Shown one piece after another: positions 1 through 11,500 of a DNA stretch of 53,079 bases. A program made the translations under genes and the position numbers. Numbering within the stretch: position 1 is the stretch's first letter; every line of letters starts with the position of its first letter. A model generated the notes under the pieces. That model saw nothing but the letters and a program-made list of their open reading frames with translations. It did no database searches and was not told the origin of the DNA. This stretch comes from Comamonadaceae bacterium (GTDB lineage Bacteria > Pseudomonadota > Gammaproteobacteria > Burkholderiales > Burkholderiaceae_C): positions 1 through 53,079 of the forward strand of contig JAYVPU010000226.1 of the NCBI GenBank assembly GCA_043757205.1. Reading direction: 5' to 3'.

Positions 1-1518
1 ATCGGCACGCTGTACCTGCTGTTCAGCTTCACGATGCTGATGTTTGGCGGTGTGCTGGCGCTGTTGATTCGCGCCGAGTTGTTCCAGCCGGGCCTGCAGC
101 TCGTCAATCCTGAACTGTTCAACCAGCTCACCACCATGCATGGCCTGATCATGGTGTTCGGCGCCATCATGCCGGCCTTTGTGGGTTTTGCGAACTGGAT
201 GGTTCCGCTGCAGATTGGCGCCTCGGACATGGCCTTTGCGCGCATGAATAACTTCAGCTTCTGGCTGATGATTCCGGCAGCGCTGATGCTCAGCACTTCT
301 TTCTTGCTGCCAGGCGGCGCGATGGCTGGGGGCTGGACGATGTATGCCCCCCTGTCATTACAGATGGGGCCGTCCATGGATGCCGGTATTTTTGCCATTC
401 ACCTGCTGGGCGCATCGTCCATCATGGGCTCGATCAACATCATCGTGACCATCCTGAACATGCGCGCACCCGGCATGACCTTGATGAAAATGCCGATGTT
501 CTGCTGGACTTGGCTGATCACGGCTTACCTCTTGATTGCCGTAATGCCGGTGCTGGCTGGTGCGATCACCATGACGCTGACCGACCGCCACTTTGGCACC
601 ACTTTCTTCAACCCCGCTGGCGGCGGTGATCCGGTGATGTTTCAGCACATTTTCTGGTTCTTCGGTCACCCCGAGGTGTACATCATGATCTTGCCGGCCT
701 TCGGCATCGTCAGCCAGATCGTGCCGGCCTTTGCACGCAAGAAGTTGTTCGGCTACGCCTCCATGGTCTATGCCACCTCGTCGATTGCCATTTTGAGCTT
801 CATCGTCTGGGCGCACCACATGTTCACCACCGGCATGCCGGTGACAGGTCAGCTGTTCTTCATGTACTCCACCATGTTGATCGCCGTGCCGACCGCCGTG
901 AAGATCTTCAACTGGATCGCCACCATGTGGAAGGGCTCGATGACATTTGAGACGCCCATGCTGTTTGCCGTCGGCTTCATCTTCGTGTTCACCATGGGCG
1001 GCTTCACAGGTTTGATTTTGGCCATGGCCCCGATTGACATCCAACTGCAAGACACCTATTACGTGGTGGCTCACTTCCACTACGTGCTGGTGGCGGGCTC
1101 ATTGTTCGCCATGTTTGCGGGCTACTACTACTGGGCTCCCAAGTGGATGGGTGTGATGTACAGCGAGCGACGCGGTCAGATCCACTTCTGGTGGTCGCTG
1201 ATTTCCTTCAACGTCACATTCTTCCCCATGCACTTCCTGGGTCTGGCCGGTATGCCCCGTCGCTATGCCGACTACCCCATGCAGTTTGCTGACTTCAATG
1301 CGCTGGCTTCGGTAGGTGCGTTTGCTTTCGGTACGGCGCAGGTGTATTTCTTCCTCGCCATCGTGTTGCCTGGCATGTTGGGCAAAGGCGCGAAAGCACC
1401 GCAAAAGCCCTGGGAAGGCGCTGAAGGCCTGGAGTGGGAGGTGCCCTCACCCGCACCTTTCCACACCTTCGAGACCCCTCCGAAGCTGAACGCCGACGCG
1501 ACTAAAATCGTTGCATAA
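1..1518 (+). CDS. ctaD: cytochrome c oxidase subunit I (aa3 type), 5' end cut by window edge
   Basis: Frame 1 is open from nt 1 ([11 protein letters not shown] precedes the listed Met at 34). Heme-copper oxidase hallmarks are present: [33 protein letters not shown]. The protein is polytopic and hydrophobic. Confidence 0.97.
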   Translation: MGTLYLLFSFTMLMFGGVLALLIRAELFQPGLQLVNPELFNQLTTMHGLIMVFGAIMPAFVGFANWMVPLQIGASDMAFARMNNFSFWLMIPAALMLSTSFLLPGGAMAGGWTMYAPLSLQMGPSMDAGIFAIHLLGASSIMGSINIIVTILNMRAPGMTLMKMPMFCWTWLITAYLLIAVMPVLAGAITMTLTDRHFGTTFFNPAGGGDPVMFQHIFWFFGHPEVYIMILPAFGIVSQIVPAFARKKLFGYASMVYATSSIAILSFIVWAHHMFTTGMPVTGQLFFMYSTMLIAVPTAVKIFNWIATMWKGSMTFETPMLFAVGFIFVFTMGGFTGLILAMAPIDIQLQDTYYVVAHFHYVLVAGSLFAMFAGYYYWAPKWMGVMYSERRGQIHFWWSLISFNVTFFPMHFLGLAGMPRRYADYPMQFADFNALASVGAFAFGTAQVYFFLAIVLPGMLGKGAKAPQKPWEGAEGLEWEVPSPAPFHTFETPPKLNADATKIVA

Positions 1519-1542
1519 GCCCGCCCAAGCGAACAACCCGTC

Positions 1543-1653
1543 ATGACGCCCGAACAAAAAAAAGCCAACCGTAAAACCGGGCTTATCCTAGCCTCGGTGG
1601 CGGTGGTGTTTTTCATTGGCTTCATGGCCAAGATGATTTATCTGACGCGCTGA
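1543..1653 (+). CDS. small single-TM cytochrome oxidase-associated membrane peptide (36 aa), below the ORF-track cutoff
   Basis: ATG 1543 to TGA 1651-1653 encodes MTPEQKKANRKTGLILASVAVVFFIGFMAKMIYLTR. It is packed tightly between ctaD and ctaG. Small proteins are annotated at this position in other Burkholderiales cox clusters. Confidence 0.55.
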   Translation: MTPEQKKANRKTGLILASVAVVFFIGFMAKMIYLTR

Positions 1654-1655
1654 CC

Positions 1656-2276
1656 ATGAGCCTGAGTCGCGAAAATCTCAAAATGATGCGCAAGCTCGGC
1701 ATCGTGGCTGCGGGCATGTTTGCCTTTGGCTACGCGCTGATCCCCATCTACAAGACGATTTGCGAAATCACAGGCATCAACATTCTGGCGTTGGGCGAGC
1801 GTGACATTCCGGGGGCCAAGGCCACGATGCCTGCCAACACCCAGGTGGACACCAGCCGCACCATCACGGTCGAGTTTGACGCCAATGCGCGCGGCCCCTG
1901 GAGCTTCCAGCCCGCGCAGCGCTCGGTCAAGGTCCACCCCGGTGAAATGACCACGGTGATGTACGAGTTTCAGAACACGCAAGACCGTCGCATGTCAGCG
2001 CAAGCGATTCCGAGCTACGCACCGCACCAAGCCTCTCCCTATTTCAACAAGTTGGAGTGTTTTTGCTTTAACCAGTACACCCTGGAGCCGGGTGAAAAGA
2101 AAAGCTGGCCGGTGGTGTTTGTGATTGACCCCAAGCTGTCCAAAGACGTGGCCACCATCACCTTGTCCTATACCTTCTTTGAAGTGGGTAGCAAGACGCC
2201 GCCCGCACCGGGTTCCACTTCGGCTGCAACGCCTGCGGCCGTGGCAACCCCTGTTTCGACGAGGGTGGGCGTATGA
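1656..2276 (+). CDS. ctaG: cytochrome c oxidase assembly protein CtaG/Cox11 (copper delivery to CuB)
   Basis: N-terminal TM anchor followed by a Cox11-like soluble domain, with the motif FNKLECFCFNQYTLEPGE (CFCF copper site). Operon context supports the call. Confidence 0.93.
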   Translation: MSLSRENLKMMRKLGIVAAGMFAFGYALIPIYKTICEITGINILALGERDIPGAKATMPANTQVDTSRTITVEFDANARGPWSFQPAQRSVKVHPGEMTTVMYEFQNTQDRRMSAQAIPSYAPHQASPYFNKLECFCFNQYTLEPGEKKSWPVVFVIDPKLSKDVATITLSYTFFEVGSKTPPAPGSTSAATPAAVATPVSTRVGV

Positions 2277-2455
2277 GTATTTGGCGCACCTGCAAAGCCG
2301 TGGCTTGGTCCTTCTTTGGGGTGAGAAAAGCCTCGGAGTTTGATAAAGACATCGCTCAAATAAACCCCTTGCACATCATTGCCGTGGGCTTGCTGTCAAC
2401 GGCATTGTTTGTGGTCGGTTTGATTGTTTTTGTGAACTGGGTTGTGGCTCGCTGA
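2273..2455 (+). CDS. DUF2970-like small membrane protein
   Basis: 60-aa ORF overlapping the ctaG stop by 4 nt (ATGA). It has one or two hydrophobic segments and sits in the conserved slot between ctaG and ctaE. Confidence 0.65.
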   Translation: MSIWRTCKAVAWSFFGVRKASEFDKDIAQINPLHIIAVGLLSTALFVVGLIVFVNWVVAR

Positions 2456-2510
2456 AGTCAACATCCCACTGAAAGATTGAAAAGTTTAGATTAGGAAACA
2501 TGGAGCTGCT

Positions 2511-3428
2511 ATGAGTTCAACCACCCACGGAACCACCCCGTACTACTTTATCCCCGCGCCCTCACGTCACCCGGCCTTCGCGGCTCTGGGTTTGTTTTTT
2601 CTATTTTTCGGGGCTGCTCAATGGATCAATGGTGCTGACTGGGGCAAGTACAGCCTGATGTTTGGCATGGCCTTGTGGCTGTTTGTGCTGTACCAATGGT
2701 TCAGCCAGGCCATTGGCGAGAGCGAAGGTGGCCAGTATGGTCACAAGATCGACCTGTCTTTCCGTTGGAGCATGACTTGGTTCATCTTCTCCGAGGTGAT
2801 GTTCTTCGGTGCTTTCTTCACCGCCCTGTGGTGGGTGCGTGGGCACTCCATGCCGGCTTTGGGTAGCCTGGACAACGCACTGCTGTGGCCTGACTTCAAA
2901 GCCGTCTGGCCAACGCTGGCAGCGGGTGCCACGGCTTCGCCAGCAGGCATCATTGAGGACTTTACGGCCATGAAGCCACTGGCCGTGGGCGGTGGCATCT
3001 GGGCCAGCATCATGGGTTCTTTGCCCACCGTCAACACCGCCCTGCTATTGAGTTCGGGCGTCACCATCACCATCGCCCACCATGCTTTGATCGAAGGTAA
3101 GCGCGAAAAAACCATTCGCTTCATGTGGGCGACGGTTCTGCTCGGCTTGGTTTTCCTCTTTGTGCAGGGCTATGAGTACTTCCATGCCTACACTGAAATG
3201 AACCTCAAGCTGAGTTCAGGCGTTTATGGCTCCACCTTCTTTATGCTGACCGGCTTTCACGGCTTCCACGTGTTTGTCGGCATGTTGATGCTGCTGTTCA
3301 TCACGCTGCGTTTGCAAAAAGGCCACTTCACGGCAGATCGTCACTTCGGTTTTGAAGGCGCAGCCTGGTATTGGCACTTTGTGGACGTGGTGTGGTTGGG
3401 CCTGTACATCCTCGTGTATTGGCTGTAA
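2511..3428 (+). CDS. ctaE: cytochrome c oxidase subunit III
   Basis: 7-TM protein with the C-terminal FGFEGAAWYWHFVDVVWLGLY motif typical of Cox3. Confidence 0.95.
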   Translation: MSSTTHGTTPYYFIPAPSRHPAFAALGLFFLFFGAAQWINGADWGKYSLMFGMALWLFVLYQWFSQAIGESEGGQYGHKIDLSFRWSMTWFIFSEVMFFGAFFTALWWVRGHSMPALGSLDNALLWPDFKAVWPTLAAGATASPAGIIEDFTAMKPLAVGGGIWASIMGSLPTVNTALLLSSGVTITIAHHALIEGKREKTIRFMWATVLLGLVFLFVQGYEYFHAYTEMNLKLSSGVYGSTFFMLTGFHGFHVFVGMLMLLFITLRLQKGHFTADRHFGFEGAAWYWHFVDVVWLGLYILVYWL

Positions 3429-3464
3429 GCGAGACGGCTTCTGCGCAAGCGCACAGCGTTCTCC

Positions 3465-3498
3465 AAAACAAAAGCCGCATTCAGCGGCTTTTGTTTTT
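3465..3498. terminator. bidirectional rho-independent terminator
   Basis: Perfect hairpin aaaacaaaagccgc-attca-gcggcttttgtttt, flanked by A-run and T-run. It lies between the convergent ctaE (+) and the small minus-strand gene. Confidence 0.8.
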
Positions 3499-3511
3499 AG
3501 GGTGAGGCGAA

Positions 3512-3733
3512 TTACTTCCCGGCGGGAATGCCCGTCGGTTGGATGTAGCCCAGCTTCCAGGCCAGCAGAATGCACAGAAACAGCAGGATGGAAAAGCCGA
3601 CGCGAAACATCAGGGCGCGAGCCATGTGGCTGGTTTTGGGTTTGCCGTCGCGACCATCTTTCATCATGAAGTACAGGGCCGAACCCAGGCTGACAAAGAT
3701 GGCCACGAAGGCAAGTAGGATCAAATAGTTCAT
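3512..3733 (-). CDS. twin transmembrane helix small protein (HIG1/DUF2909-like)
   Basis: 73 aa with two hydrophobic helices separated by the charged loop KDGRDGKPKTSHMARA. Embedded in the cox cluster. Confidence 0.7.
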   Translation of the reverse strand: MNYLILLAFVAIFVSLGSALYFMMKDGRDGKPKTSHMARALMFRVGFSILLFLCILLAWKLGYIQPTGIPAGK

Positions 3734-3748
3734 GAATCGGATTATCGC

Positions 3749-4483
3749 GTGACAAACGCCAGCAAGCCTCGACCGAGCAGCCGTTTCTGGTTGCTGACCT
3801 TTGCTGCCTTGCTGGCGGTGGGGGTCACGCTGTCGCTGGGGCGTTGGCAGCTATCGCGTGCGGCCGAAAAGGAGCGTTTTCAAGCCAGTGTTGAGTTGCG
3901 CGGGCATCAACCCGTGCTGGCGGGCAGTGCGCTGCTGGAGGGCGACACAGGCGACGTATTAATCCATCGCCATATTGAGGTGCGCGGCCACTGGTTGGCA
4001 GACAAGACGGTGTTCCTGGACAACCGCCAGATGAATGCCAAACCCGGTTTTTACGTGTTGACGCCCCTGCGACTGGAGGGGCGCGATGAGGTCGTGTTGG
4101 TGCAACGCGGCTGGGTGGCCCGCAATTTCATCGACCGCGCCGTCTTGCCGCCGATTGAGAGCCCTGAGGGCGTGGTGACGGTGACCGGGCGCATTGCCCC
4201 GTCACCGGCCAAGTTATATGAGCTGGGTGAGACCCAGGGCGGCGCGATCCGGCAAAATCTCGACTGGGCGGAATTCAAGGCCGAAACGAAACTACCGTTG
4301 CTTGCGCTGTCCATTCAGCAGCAGGGCGCGCCCAGCCAGGGCTTGCTGCGTGAGTGGCCGCAGCCCGCCAGCGGTATCGACAAACACTATGGCTATGCGT
4401 TTCAATGGTTTGGCCTGAGTGCCCTGATCACACTACTTTATGTCTGGTTCCAACTTGTTAGACGATTCATCGCCCCTAAATGA
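3749..4483 (+). CDS. SURF1 family cytochrome oxidase biogenesis protein
   Basis: GTG start. SURF1 hallmarks are LGRWQLSRAAEK near the N-terminus and HYGYAFQWFGLSALI near the C-terminus, with two terminal TM helices. Confidence 0.87.
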   Translation: MTNASKPRPSSRFWLLTFAALLAVGVTLSLGRWQLSRAAEKERFQASVELRGHQPVLAGSALLEGDTGDVLIHRHIEVRGHWLADKTVFLDNRQMNAKPGFYVLTPLRLEGRDEVVLVQRGWVARNFIDRAVLPPIESPEGVVTVTGRIAPSPAKLYELGETQGGAIRQNLDWAEFKAETKLPLLALSIQQQGAPSQGLLREWPQPASGIDKHYGYAFQWFGLSALITLLYVWFQLVRRFIAPK

Positions 4484-4574
4484 CCGTGATCACAAGCGTG
4501 ACCCCGTCACGCAGCCCACTCAGGATCACCCCCTGGGCTTGACCGTGCACAGCTTGCCCGCGCCAGAGCAGTCC

Positions 4575-5189
4575 ATGGCCGACGACGCTGCGCGTGTCGT
4601 CCAAGGGCGCTGGCGCTTGGTGTTGCTTATGCTGGTGTGTGCCGCGCCCGTCATCGCCTCTTACTTCACCTACTACGTCGTGCGCCCCGATGCACGCCGC
4701 AATTTTGGGGACCTCATCCAACCGCAGCGCCCTGTGCCTGAACTGGCCGCCACGGCGCTAGACGGCCAAGCCCTGGCCTTGAGCACGCTCAAAGGTCAGT
4801 GGTTACTGGTCAGTGTGGGCAGCGGCGCTTGTGGCCCTGCCTGCGAGCAGCAGCTCTACTTGCAGCGCCAATTGCGTGAGAGCCTGGGCAAAGAAAAAGA
4901 GCGCGTTGACCGCGTCTGGTTGGTCACCGATGCGCAAGCCCTACCCACCACCCTGCAAGAGGGTTTAAAAGGTGCGACCGTGCTGCGCGTTGCGGCAGCC
5001 CAGTTGGCGCAGTGGCTAGAGCCTGCCCCGGGCCATACATTGGCCGAGCATCTGTACGTGGTCGATCCCATGGGCAACTGGATGATGCGCTTCCCCGCCC
5101 AGCTTGATCTCGCCTCAGCCGCCAAAGCCAAGCGCGATCTGGAGCGTCTCCTGCGTGCCTCAGCCTCTTGGGATCCGGCGGGGCGCTGA
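4575..5189 (+). CDS. membrane-anchored SCO-like thioredoxin-fold protein (CxxxC), cox-cluster associated
   Basis: ORF is open from 4440. The ATG at 4575 (MADDAARVV) avoids overlap with SURF1. It has the TM helix LVLLMLVCAAPVIASYF and GQWLLVSVGSGACGPACEQQLY, which resembles the SCO GxWxLxxFGYTxCPDVCP block. The start is uncertain. Confidence 0.55.
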   Translation: MADDAARVVQGRWRLVLLMLVCAAPVIASYFTYYVVRPDARRNFGDLIQPQRPVPELAATALDGQALALSTLKGQWLLVSVGSGACGPACEQQLYLQRQLRESLGKEKERVDRVWLVTDAQALPTTLQEGLKGATVLRVAAAQLAQWLEPAPGHTLAEHLYVVDPMGNWMMRFPAQLDLASAAKAKRDLERLLRASASWDPAGR

Positions 5190-5226
5190 AGCCTATCAGC
5201 ACCACGTCAAGGACACTTCAAATCGC

Positions 5227-6381
5227 ATGAACACGCCCGAGTTGTACAACCTCTCTCCCCTGCTGAGTCTGATGCTCATGGGACTGACCCTGGCCATCGG
5301 TCCGCTGGCTTGGGTTTGGTTGCGGCATCGCGATTCCCACAGGCAAAGCGTTACCCAGCATCGCTTGCACGCGCTCACTGTGCTGACTCTTTTTTTGACT
5401 TTTGATCTGGTGCTCTTCGGTGCCTTCACCCGTCTCACCGATTCGGGTCTGGGTTGCCCTGACTGGCCCGGTTGCTACGGCCACAGCAGCCCGGTCGGTG
5501 CGCAGGCCCACATCACGGCGGCACAAACCGCGCTGCCCACCGGTCCGGTCACGCACGGCAAGGCCTGGGTCGAGATGATTCACCGCTACCTAGCTACCAG
5601 TGTGGGCGTGCTGATTTTGGTGCTTGCTGCGGCCACATGGTGGGCGCGGCTGCACAAGCCCGAGGCCAAAACACTCAACCCGTGGTGGCCCACCTTGACG
5701 CTGATCTGGGTCTGCGTGCAGGGTGCGTTTGGTGCGCTCACCGTCACCATGAAGCTATTCCCCGCCATCGTCACCCTGCATCTGCTGGGCGGCCTGTTTT
5801 TGCTGGCCTTGCTGTGTGTGCAGGCTGTGCGCTACACACAGTCGGGCGCTCATGAAAACCGTGTTGTGATCAACAGCAGCCCAGGCCAAGGTCTGCGTGC
5901 GCTGATGGCGCTCAGTTTGGCCCTGTTGGTCGCGCAAATCGCCCTAGGCGGTTGGGTTAGCACCAACTATGCCGTGCTGGCCTGCACCGATTTCCCACTG
6001 TGTCAAAACAGCATCTGGCCCGCTATGAATTTTGCGCAAGGCTTCACGCTGTGGCGTGAACTCGGCTTAACGCCGCAGGGCCAGCCCATCGACTTTGAGG
6101 CCCTCACCGCCATCCACTACGCGCATCGTCTCATGGCCTACCTCGTCATCACCGTGCTGGCCGTACTGGCTTGGCGCATGCACGCTCAAGTGGTTTGGCA
6201 AAAGCCCGCACGCTGGCTTGACGCGCTGACGGTTCTGCAATTCCTCACCGGCCTGAGTAATGTCGTGCTGGACTGGCCCTTGTTCACAGCCGTTCTCCAC
6301 ACCGGGGGTGCCGCGGCCCTGGTCATCGTGTTAACGTGGTCCATGGCCTCCTTCAAATTTGTACCGAGACTTCGCTCATGA
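5227..6381 (+). CDS. ctaA: heme A synthase (COX15/CtaA)
   Basis: Polytopic protein with the motif [14 protein letters not shown] and conserved His in TM helices. The ORF extends upstream to 5104, but MNTPELYNL at 5227 fits a typical N-terminus. Confidence 0.9.
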   Translation: MNTPELYNLSPLLSLMLMGLTLAIGPLAWVWLRHRDSHRQSVTQHRLHALTVLTLFLTFDLVLFGAFTRLTDSGLGCPDWPGCYGHSSPVGAQAHITAAQTALPTGPVTHGKAWVEMIHRYLATSVGVLILVLAAATWWARLHKPEAKTLNPWWPTLTLIWVCVQGAFGALTVTMKLFPAIVTLHLLGGLFLLALLCVQAVRYTQSGAHENRVVINSSPGQGLRALMALSLALLVAQIALGGWVSTNYAVLACTDFPLCQNSIWPAMNFAQGFTLWRELGLTPQGQPIDFEALTAIHYAHRLMAYLVITVLAVLAWRMHAQVVWQKPARWLDALTVLQFLTGLSNVVLDWPLFTAVLHTGGAAALVIVLTWSMASFKFVPRLRS

Positions 6382-7274
6382 GTGCCTCAATCGCCTCCCC
6401 ATCACCCTCCGTGTTCAGCCAGTTCTACGCGCTGACCAAACCCCGTGTAGTGCAACTCATCGTCTTCTGTGCCCTCATTGGCATGGTGCTGGCTGTGCCC
6501 GGCGTACCCACGCTGGCCGATGTGCGCTTAGGGCTGATCGCCTGCGCGGGCATCTGGCTGGTGGCCGGCGCCGCTGCGGCTTTCAATTGCATTGTTGAAA
6601 AAGGCATTGACGCCAAAATGAAGCGCACCGCCTGGCGTGCCACCGCCAAAGGCGAACTGGGTGACGCACAAACCCTGTTGTTTTCTGCTGCCCTGTGCGT
6701 GGCCGGCTCTCTGGTTTTGTACGTGTGGGTCAACCCCCTGACCATGTGGCTCACCTTCGCCACCTTTGTCGGCTACGCCGTCATCTACACCGTCATCCTC
6801 AAGCCACTCACGCCGCAAAACATCGTCATCGGCGGCGCATCAGGCGCCATGCCGCCCGTGCTGGGCTGGGCCGCCATGACGGGTGAAGTCGGGCCGCAAG
6901 CGCTCATTCTCTTCCTCATTATTTTCTTGTGGACACCGCCGCACTTCTGGGCGCTGGCCCTGTACCGCGTGGAGGACTACCGCAAGTCCGGTCTGCCCAT
7001 GCTGCCCGTCACGCACGGCAATGCGTTCACGCGCTTGCAAGTGCTGCTCTACACCTTGATTTTGTTTGCCGCCTGTCTGCTGCCCTTTATCTACGGCATG
7101 AACTCGTGGTTTTACCTGGTGGCCGCTGTGCTGCTGAACGCGGGTTTTGTGTTCTATGCTTGGCGTTTGTGGCGCAATTACTCGGACGAACTCGCGCGCC
7201 AAACCTTTCGTTTCTCGCTCATCCACCTCAGCATGCTGTTTGCGGCTCTGCTGGTAGATCACTATCTCTTTTGA
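6378..7274 (+). CDS. cyoE: protoheme IX farnesyltransferase (heme O synthase)
   Basis: UbiA-family prenyltransferase with the [11 protein letters not shown] motif. Its ATG overlaps the ctaA stop (ATGA at 6378-6381). Confidence 0.93.
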   Translation: MSASIASPSPSVFSQFYALTKPRVVQLIVFCALIGMVLAVPGVPTLADVRLGLIACAGIWLVAGAAAAFNCIVEKGIDAKMKRTAWRATAKGELGDAQTLLFSAALCVAGSLVLYVWVNPLTMWLTFATFVGYAVIYTVILKPLTPQNIVIGGASGAMPPVLGWAAMTGEVGPQALILFLIIFLWTPPHFWALALYRVEDYRKSGLPMLPVTHGNAFTRLQVLLYTLILFAACLLPFIYGMNSWFYLVAAVLLNAGFVFYAWRLWRNYSDELARQTFRFSLIHLSMLFAALLVDHYLF

Positions 7275-7279
7275 TACCT

Positions 7280-7888
7280 ATGTTGAAATTCAATGCTCTT
7301 AAATCAGTAGCAGCTTACGCACTATTTATAGTCTCCGCAGTCCTATTGACCGCTTGTTCTGGCGACAAGCCGAAGTTCTCTGCGATTGACGTTACTGGTG
7401 CCGACTACGCCAAAGACTTCGCGCTGACGGATCACAACGGCCAAGCCCGCAGCATCAAAGACTTCTCCGGCAAAGTCGTGGTGCTGTTCTTCGGCTATAC
7501 CCAGTGCCCGGACGTATGCCCCACCACCATGACCGAGCTGGCCGAGGTCAAGAAGCTGCTGGGTGCGGAGGGCGACAAACTGCAAGGCCTGTTTGTCACG
7601 GTTGATCCCGCGCGTGATACGCCTGCGGTCTTGAAGAGCTACATGGCCAATTTCGACCCCACGTTTCTGGCGCTCTATGCGGTACCCGAAGCGCTGGCTG
7701 TCGTCGCCAAAGACTACAAGGTCTATTACAAAAAGGCCGAAGGCAAAACCGCCACCAGCTACACCATGGACCATTCGGCGGGCAGCTACATCTATGACAC
7801 CCAGGGCAAGCTGCGCCTTTACACCCGCTATGGCAGCGGGGTGGCACCGCTGGCCGCTGACATCAAGCTGCTATTGAAGAATCTATAA
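7280..7888 (+). CDS. SCO family copper chaperone (SenC/PrrC), lipoprotein
   Basis: MLKFNALKS...LLTAC lipobox. GKVVVLFFGYTQCPDVCPTTM CxxxC copper site plus DHS motif. The track ORF 6929..7888 is over-extended into cyoE. Confidence 0.9.
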   Translation: MLKFNALKSVAAYALFIVSAVLLTACSGDKPKFSAIDVTGADYAKDFALTDHNGQARSIKDFSGKVVVLFFGYTQCPDVCPTTMTELAEVKKLLGAEGDKLQGLFVTVDPARDTPAVLKSYMANFDPTFLALYAVPEALAVVAKDYKVYYKKAEGKTATSYTMDHSAGSYIYDTQGKLRLYTRYGSGVAPLAADIKLLLKNL

Positions 7889-7915
7889 AGCAGGGGCCTT
7901 GAAGCCCTTACTCCC

Positions 7916-9319
<1,404 letters not shown>

Positions 9320-9637
9320 TCAACCGAAGTGGCAGATGTAGTGGTAGGCCTCAGCCACGCGGATCTCGAACTTCGAGTTGCCCGGCACATTGAATTTCTC
9401 GCCCGTGCTGGATTTGACCCACGTCTCGCTGCCTGCCAGCTTGTAGTCACAAGCGCCACCCACGCATTCCATGATCTCGGGCGCGCCGGTGTTGAAGGTC
9501 AGCGTGCTTGGCAAGACCACACCGACCGATTTTTTGGTGCCATCGGCCATGGTGAAGCTGTGGCTGACGCATTTGCCGTCGAAATAAACGTTGGCGGCGG
9601 TGGTCAGGGTGACGTTGGGGAAAGAAGAGGTGGTCAT
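9320..9637 (-). CDS. ppnP: pyrimidine/purine nucleoside phosphorylase PpnP (DUF1255 cupin)
   Basis: 105 aa. NVYFDGKCVSH...GVVLP...FNTGAPEIMECVGGAC...FEIRV is typical of the family. Confidence 0.88.
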   Translation of the reverse strand: MTTSSFPNVTLTTAANVYFDGKCVSHSFTMADGTKKSVGVVLPSTLTFNTGAPEIMECVGGACDYKLAGSETWVKSSTGEKFNVPGNSKFEIRVAEAYHYICHFG

Positions 9638-9742
9638 AGGCTAGGCGCTAAAAAGCAGTAAGGGTCAGGACCATCGATTTTACGGCTTGACCATCATGGC
9701 TCAGCGGGCCAGGCCCAGCCATGACTTTGCGCGGGTTGGACT

Positions 9743-10648
9743 TTAAGCGTCAGGTGCTACAGGGTGTTGTGCCAGAGCCTCCCAGGCTTTGACCAGTGCG
9801 GAATGGTCGGCTTGGGCGTGACCCAAGGCGGCGCAGGCCTGCATCTGCTGTGCCACACCCGCTGTTTGCGGCAGAGCAACATTCATGGCCTTGGCACCTT
9901 GCAGCGCCAAGTTGAGGTCTTTTTGGTGCAGGGCAATGCGAAAGCCCGGGTTAAACGTGCGCTTGATCATGCGCTCGCCGTGTACTTCCAGAATGCGCGA
10001 AGCGGCAAAACCGCCCATCAGGGCTTGACGAATCTTGGCGGGGTCAGCCCCGGCCTTGGACGCGAACACCAGCGCTTCGCTCACGGCGGCAATGTTCAGC
10101 GCCACGATGATCTGGTTGGCCACCTTGCAGGTTTGGCCGTCGCCGTTGCCGCCGATGAGCGTGATGTTCTTGCCCATCAGCTCAAACAGGGGCTTGACGC
10201 GCTCGAACACTTCGGGCGCGCCACCGATCATGATGGTGAGCGAAGCGGCCTTGGCACCGACTTCGCCGCCCGAGACGGGTGCGTCCAGGTAGTCGGCCCC
10301 CAGAGCGTTGATTTTTGCGGCAAAGGCCTTGGTGGCGATCGGGTCGATGGAGCTCATGTCTACCACCACTTTTCCCTTGCCGTTTTGGCCCAGGCCGCTA
10401 GCCACACCTTCAGCGCCAAACAGCACTTTGTCCACATCAGGGGTGTCGGGCACCATGGTGAAGATGATGTCGGCTTGGCTGGCCACGGTTGCTGGGCTGG
10501 CGCAGGCTGTGGCACCGGCTGCCAGCAGGTCTAGCGGGACCTGGCTGCGGGTGTTGACGAACAGCGTGTGTCCGCCTTTGATCAAGTTCAGGGCCATCGG
10601 CGTGCCCATGATGCCCAGGCCGATGAAGCCAAGTTTGAGTTGCGTCAT
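9743..10648 (-). CDS. garR: 2-hydroxy-3-oxopropionate (tartronate semialdehyde) reductase
   Basis: GFIGLGIMGTPMALNL Rossmann motif. End-to-end similarity to E. coli GarR: DAPVSGGEVGA, KVANQIIVALNIAAVSEAL, FNPGFRIALHQKDL, ADHSALV. Confidence 0.88.
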   Translation of the reverse strand: MTQLKLGFIGLGIMGTPMALNLIKGGHTLFVNTRSQVPLDLLAAGATACASPATVASQADIIFTMVPDTPDVDKVLFGAEGVASGLGQNGKGKVVVDMSSIDPIATKAFAAKINALGADYLDAPVSGGEVGAKAASLTIMIGGAPEVFERVKPLFELMGKNITLIGGNGDGQTCKVANQIIVALNIAAVSEALVFASKAGADPAKIRQALMGGFAASRILEVHGERMIKRTFNPGFRIALHQKDLNLALQGAKAMNVALPQTAGVAQQMQACAALGHAQADHSALVKAWEALAQHPVAPDA

Positions 10649-10774
10649 TTTTATCTCTCAGAGGTTCAAGGTTGGATTAACAAATGAACCGCTGATTTTG
10701 CCTGATCTCCCCAGGCAAGCTGAGCCTCTCAGGGGCAGAGAGTTACACGCAGTGAGCCAAGTTGGGGCCGTGTT

Positions 10775-11314
10775 TCAGGTCTGGCCTTCGGTCAACGTGT
10801 CTAGCTGGAAGCGCCCACTTTTGTGCCACAGCCAGGTGTCGGTGTAAGTAACACCGGCCATGCGGACTGGTGCCGGGAAGGGGGCCGCTTGGCGCACAGT
10901 GCGTTCGATGTCGGCCATCACTTCGGGGGCATGGCGGGGCGCGCGCATCCAGTTGGTGGACGTTACATTCCCGCGCTTGTCCACCTCTACCTGCAGCACA
11001 CCCACGGCGTACAGCAGGGGCGGCATTTTGCCCTTGAAGATCCGGTCGGAGTTTTTGCTGTAGAGGTGAGATGCCGCGTCACGGCGGTAGTCTTTGGGGT
11101 TCTGCGCTTCTGAGACCTTGTCTGGCCTGGGCAGGGGGGCTACGGGCGCAGGCGCGGCAACCTTGGGTGGCGGGGGTAGCGGGGGTGAGGGGGGCATCCG
11201 GGCAGAAGCAGCCGGTGCCGCCGGAGGTGGGGACTGGCAGGCGGCGAGCAGAGCTGCCACGCCAGCGGCTGCGGAGGTCCGTAAAAGTTTGCGCCGCTCA
11301 ATAAAGGGTTTCAT
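10775..11314 (-). CDS. TonB C-terminal-domain-like lipoprotein with Pro-rich linker
   Basis: MKPFIERRKLLRTSAAAGVAALLAAC is a Tat-like RR motif plus lipobox. A Pro-rich spacer follows, then a C-terminal domain resembling TonB_C (VLQVEVDKRGNVTS). The ORF extends to 11368. Confidence 0.55.
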   Translation of the reverse strand: MKPFIERRKLLRTSAAAGVAALLAACQSPPPAAPAASARMPPSPPLPPPPKVAAPAPVAPLPRPDKVSEAQNPKDYRRDAASHLYSKNSDRIFKGKMPPLLYAVGVLQVEVDKRGNVTSTNWMRAPRHAPEVMADIERTVRQAAPFPAPVRMAGVTYTDTWLWHKSGRFQLDTLTEGQT

Positions 11315-11500
11315 CGTGATTCCTGGCCGAAATGGGGGTGAATTGAACACGTCCGCCCTGAATGTCAAGGCAGCAGTCGCACTTTGCCATAAAGGACGTG
11401 TGCGCGGCGTGTTTAAGCGTATGCATTCGTGACAGCCTGTAAAGCTTTGCCGTCCTGAGTGAGACGCAACGCGGGATCACTTCTTGAACCATGCGGGCAC

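Noticed and set aside
6929-7888. 319-aa ORF suggesting a long N-terminal extension of the SCO protein
   Set aside because: The first 117 or so codons run out of frame through the cyoE coding region. A proper start with a lipoprotein signal (MLKFNALKS...LLTAC) exists at 7280, just after the cyoE stop.
9680-9712. Inverted repeat tcatggct...agccatga between garR and ppnP considered as a terminator
   Set aside because: The 8-bp stem has a long GC-rich loop and no T-run in the direction of transcription (minus strand). This is insufficient for a rho-independent terminator call.
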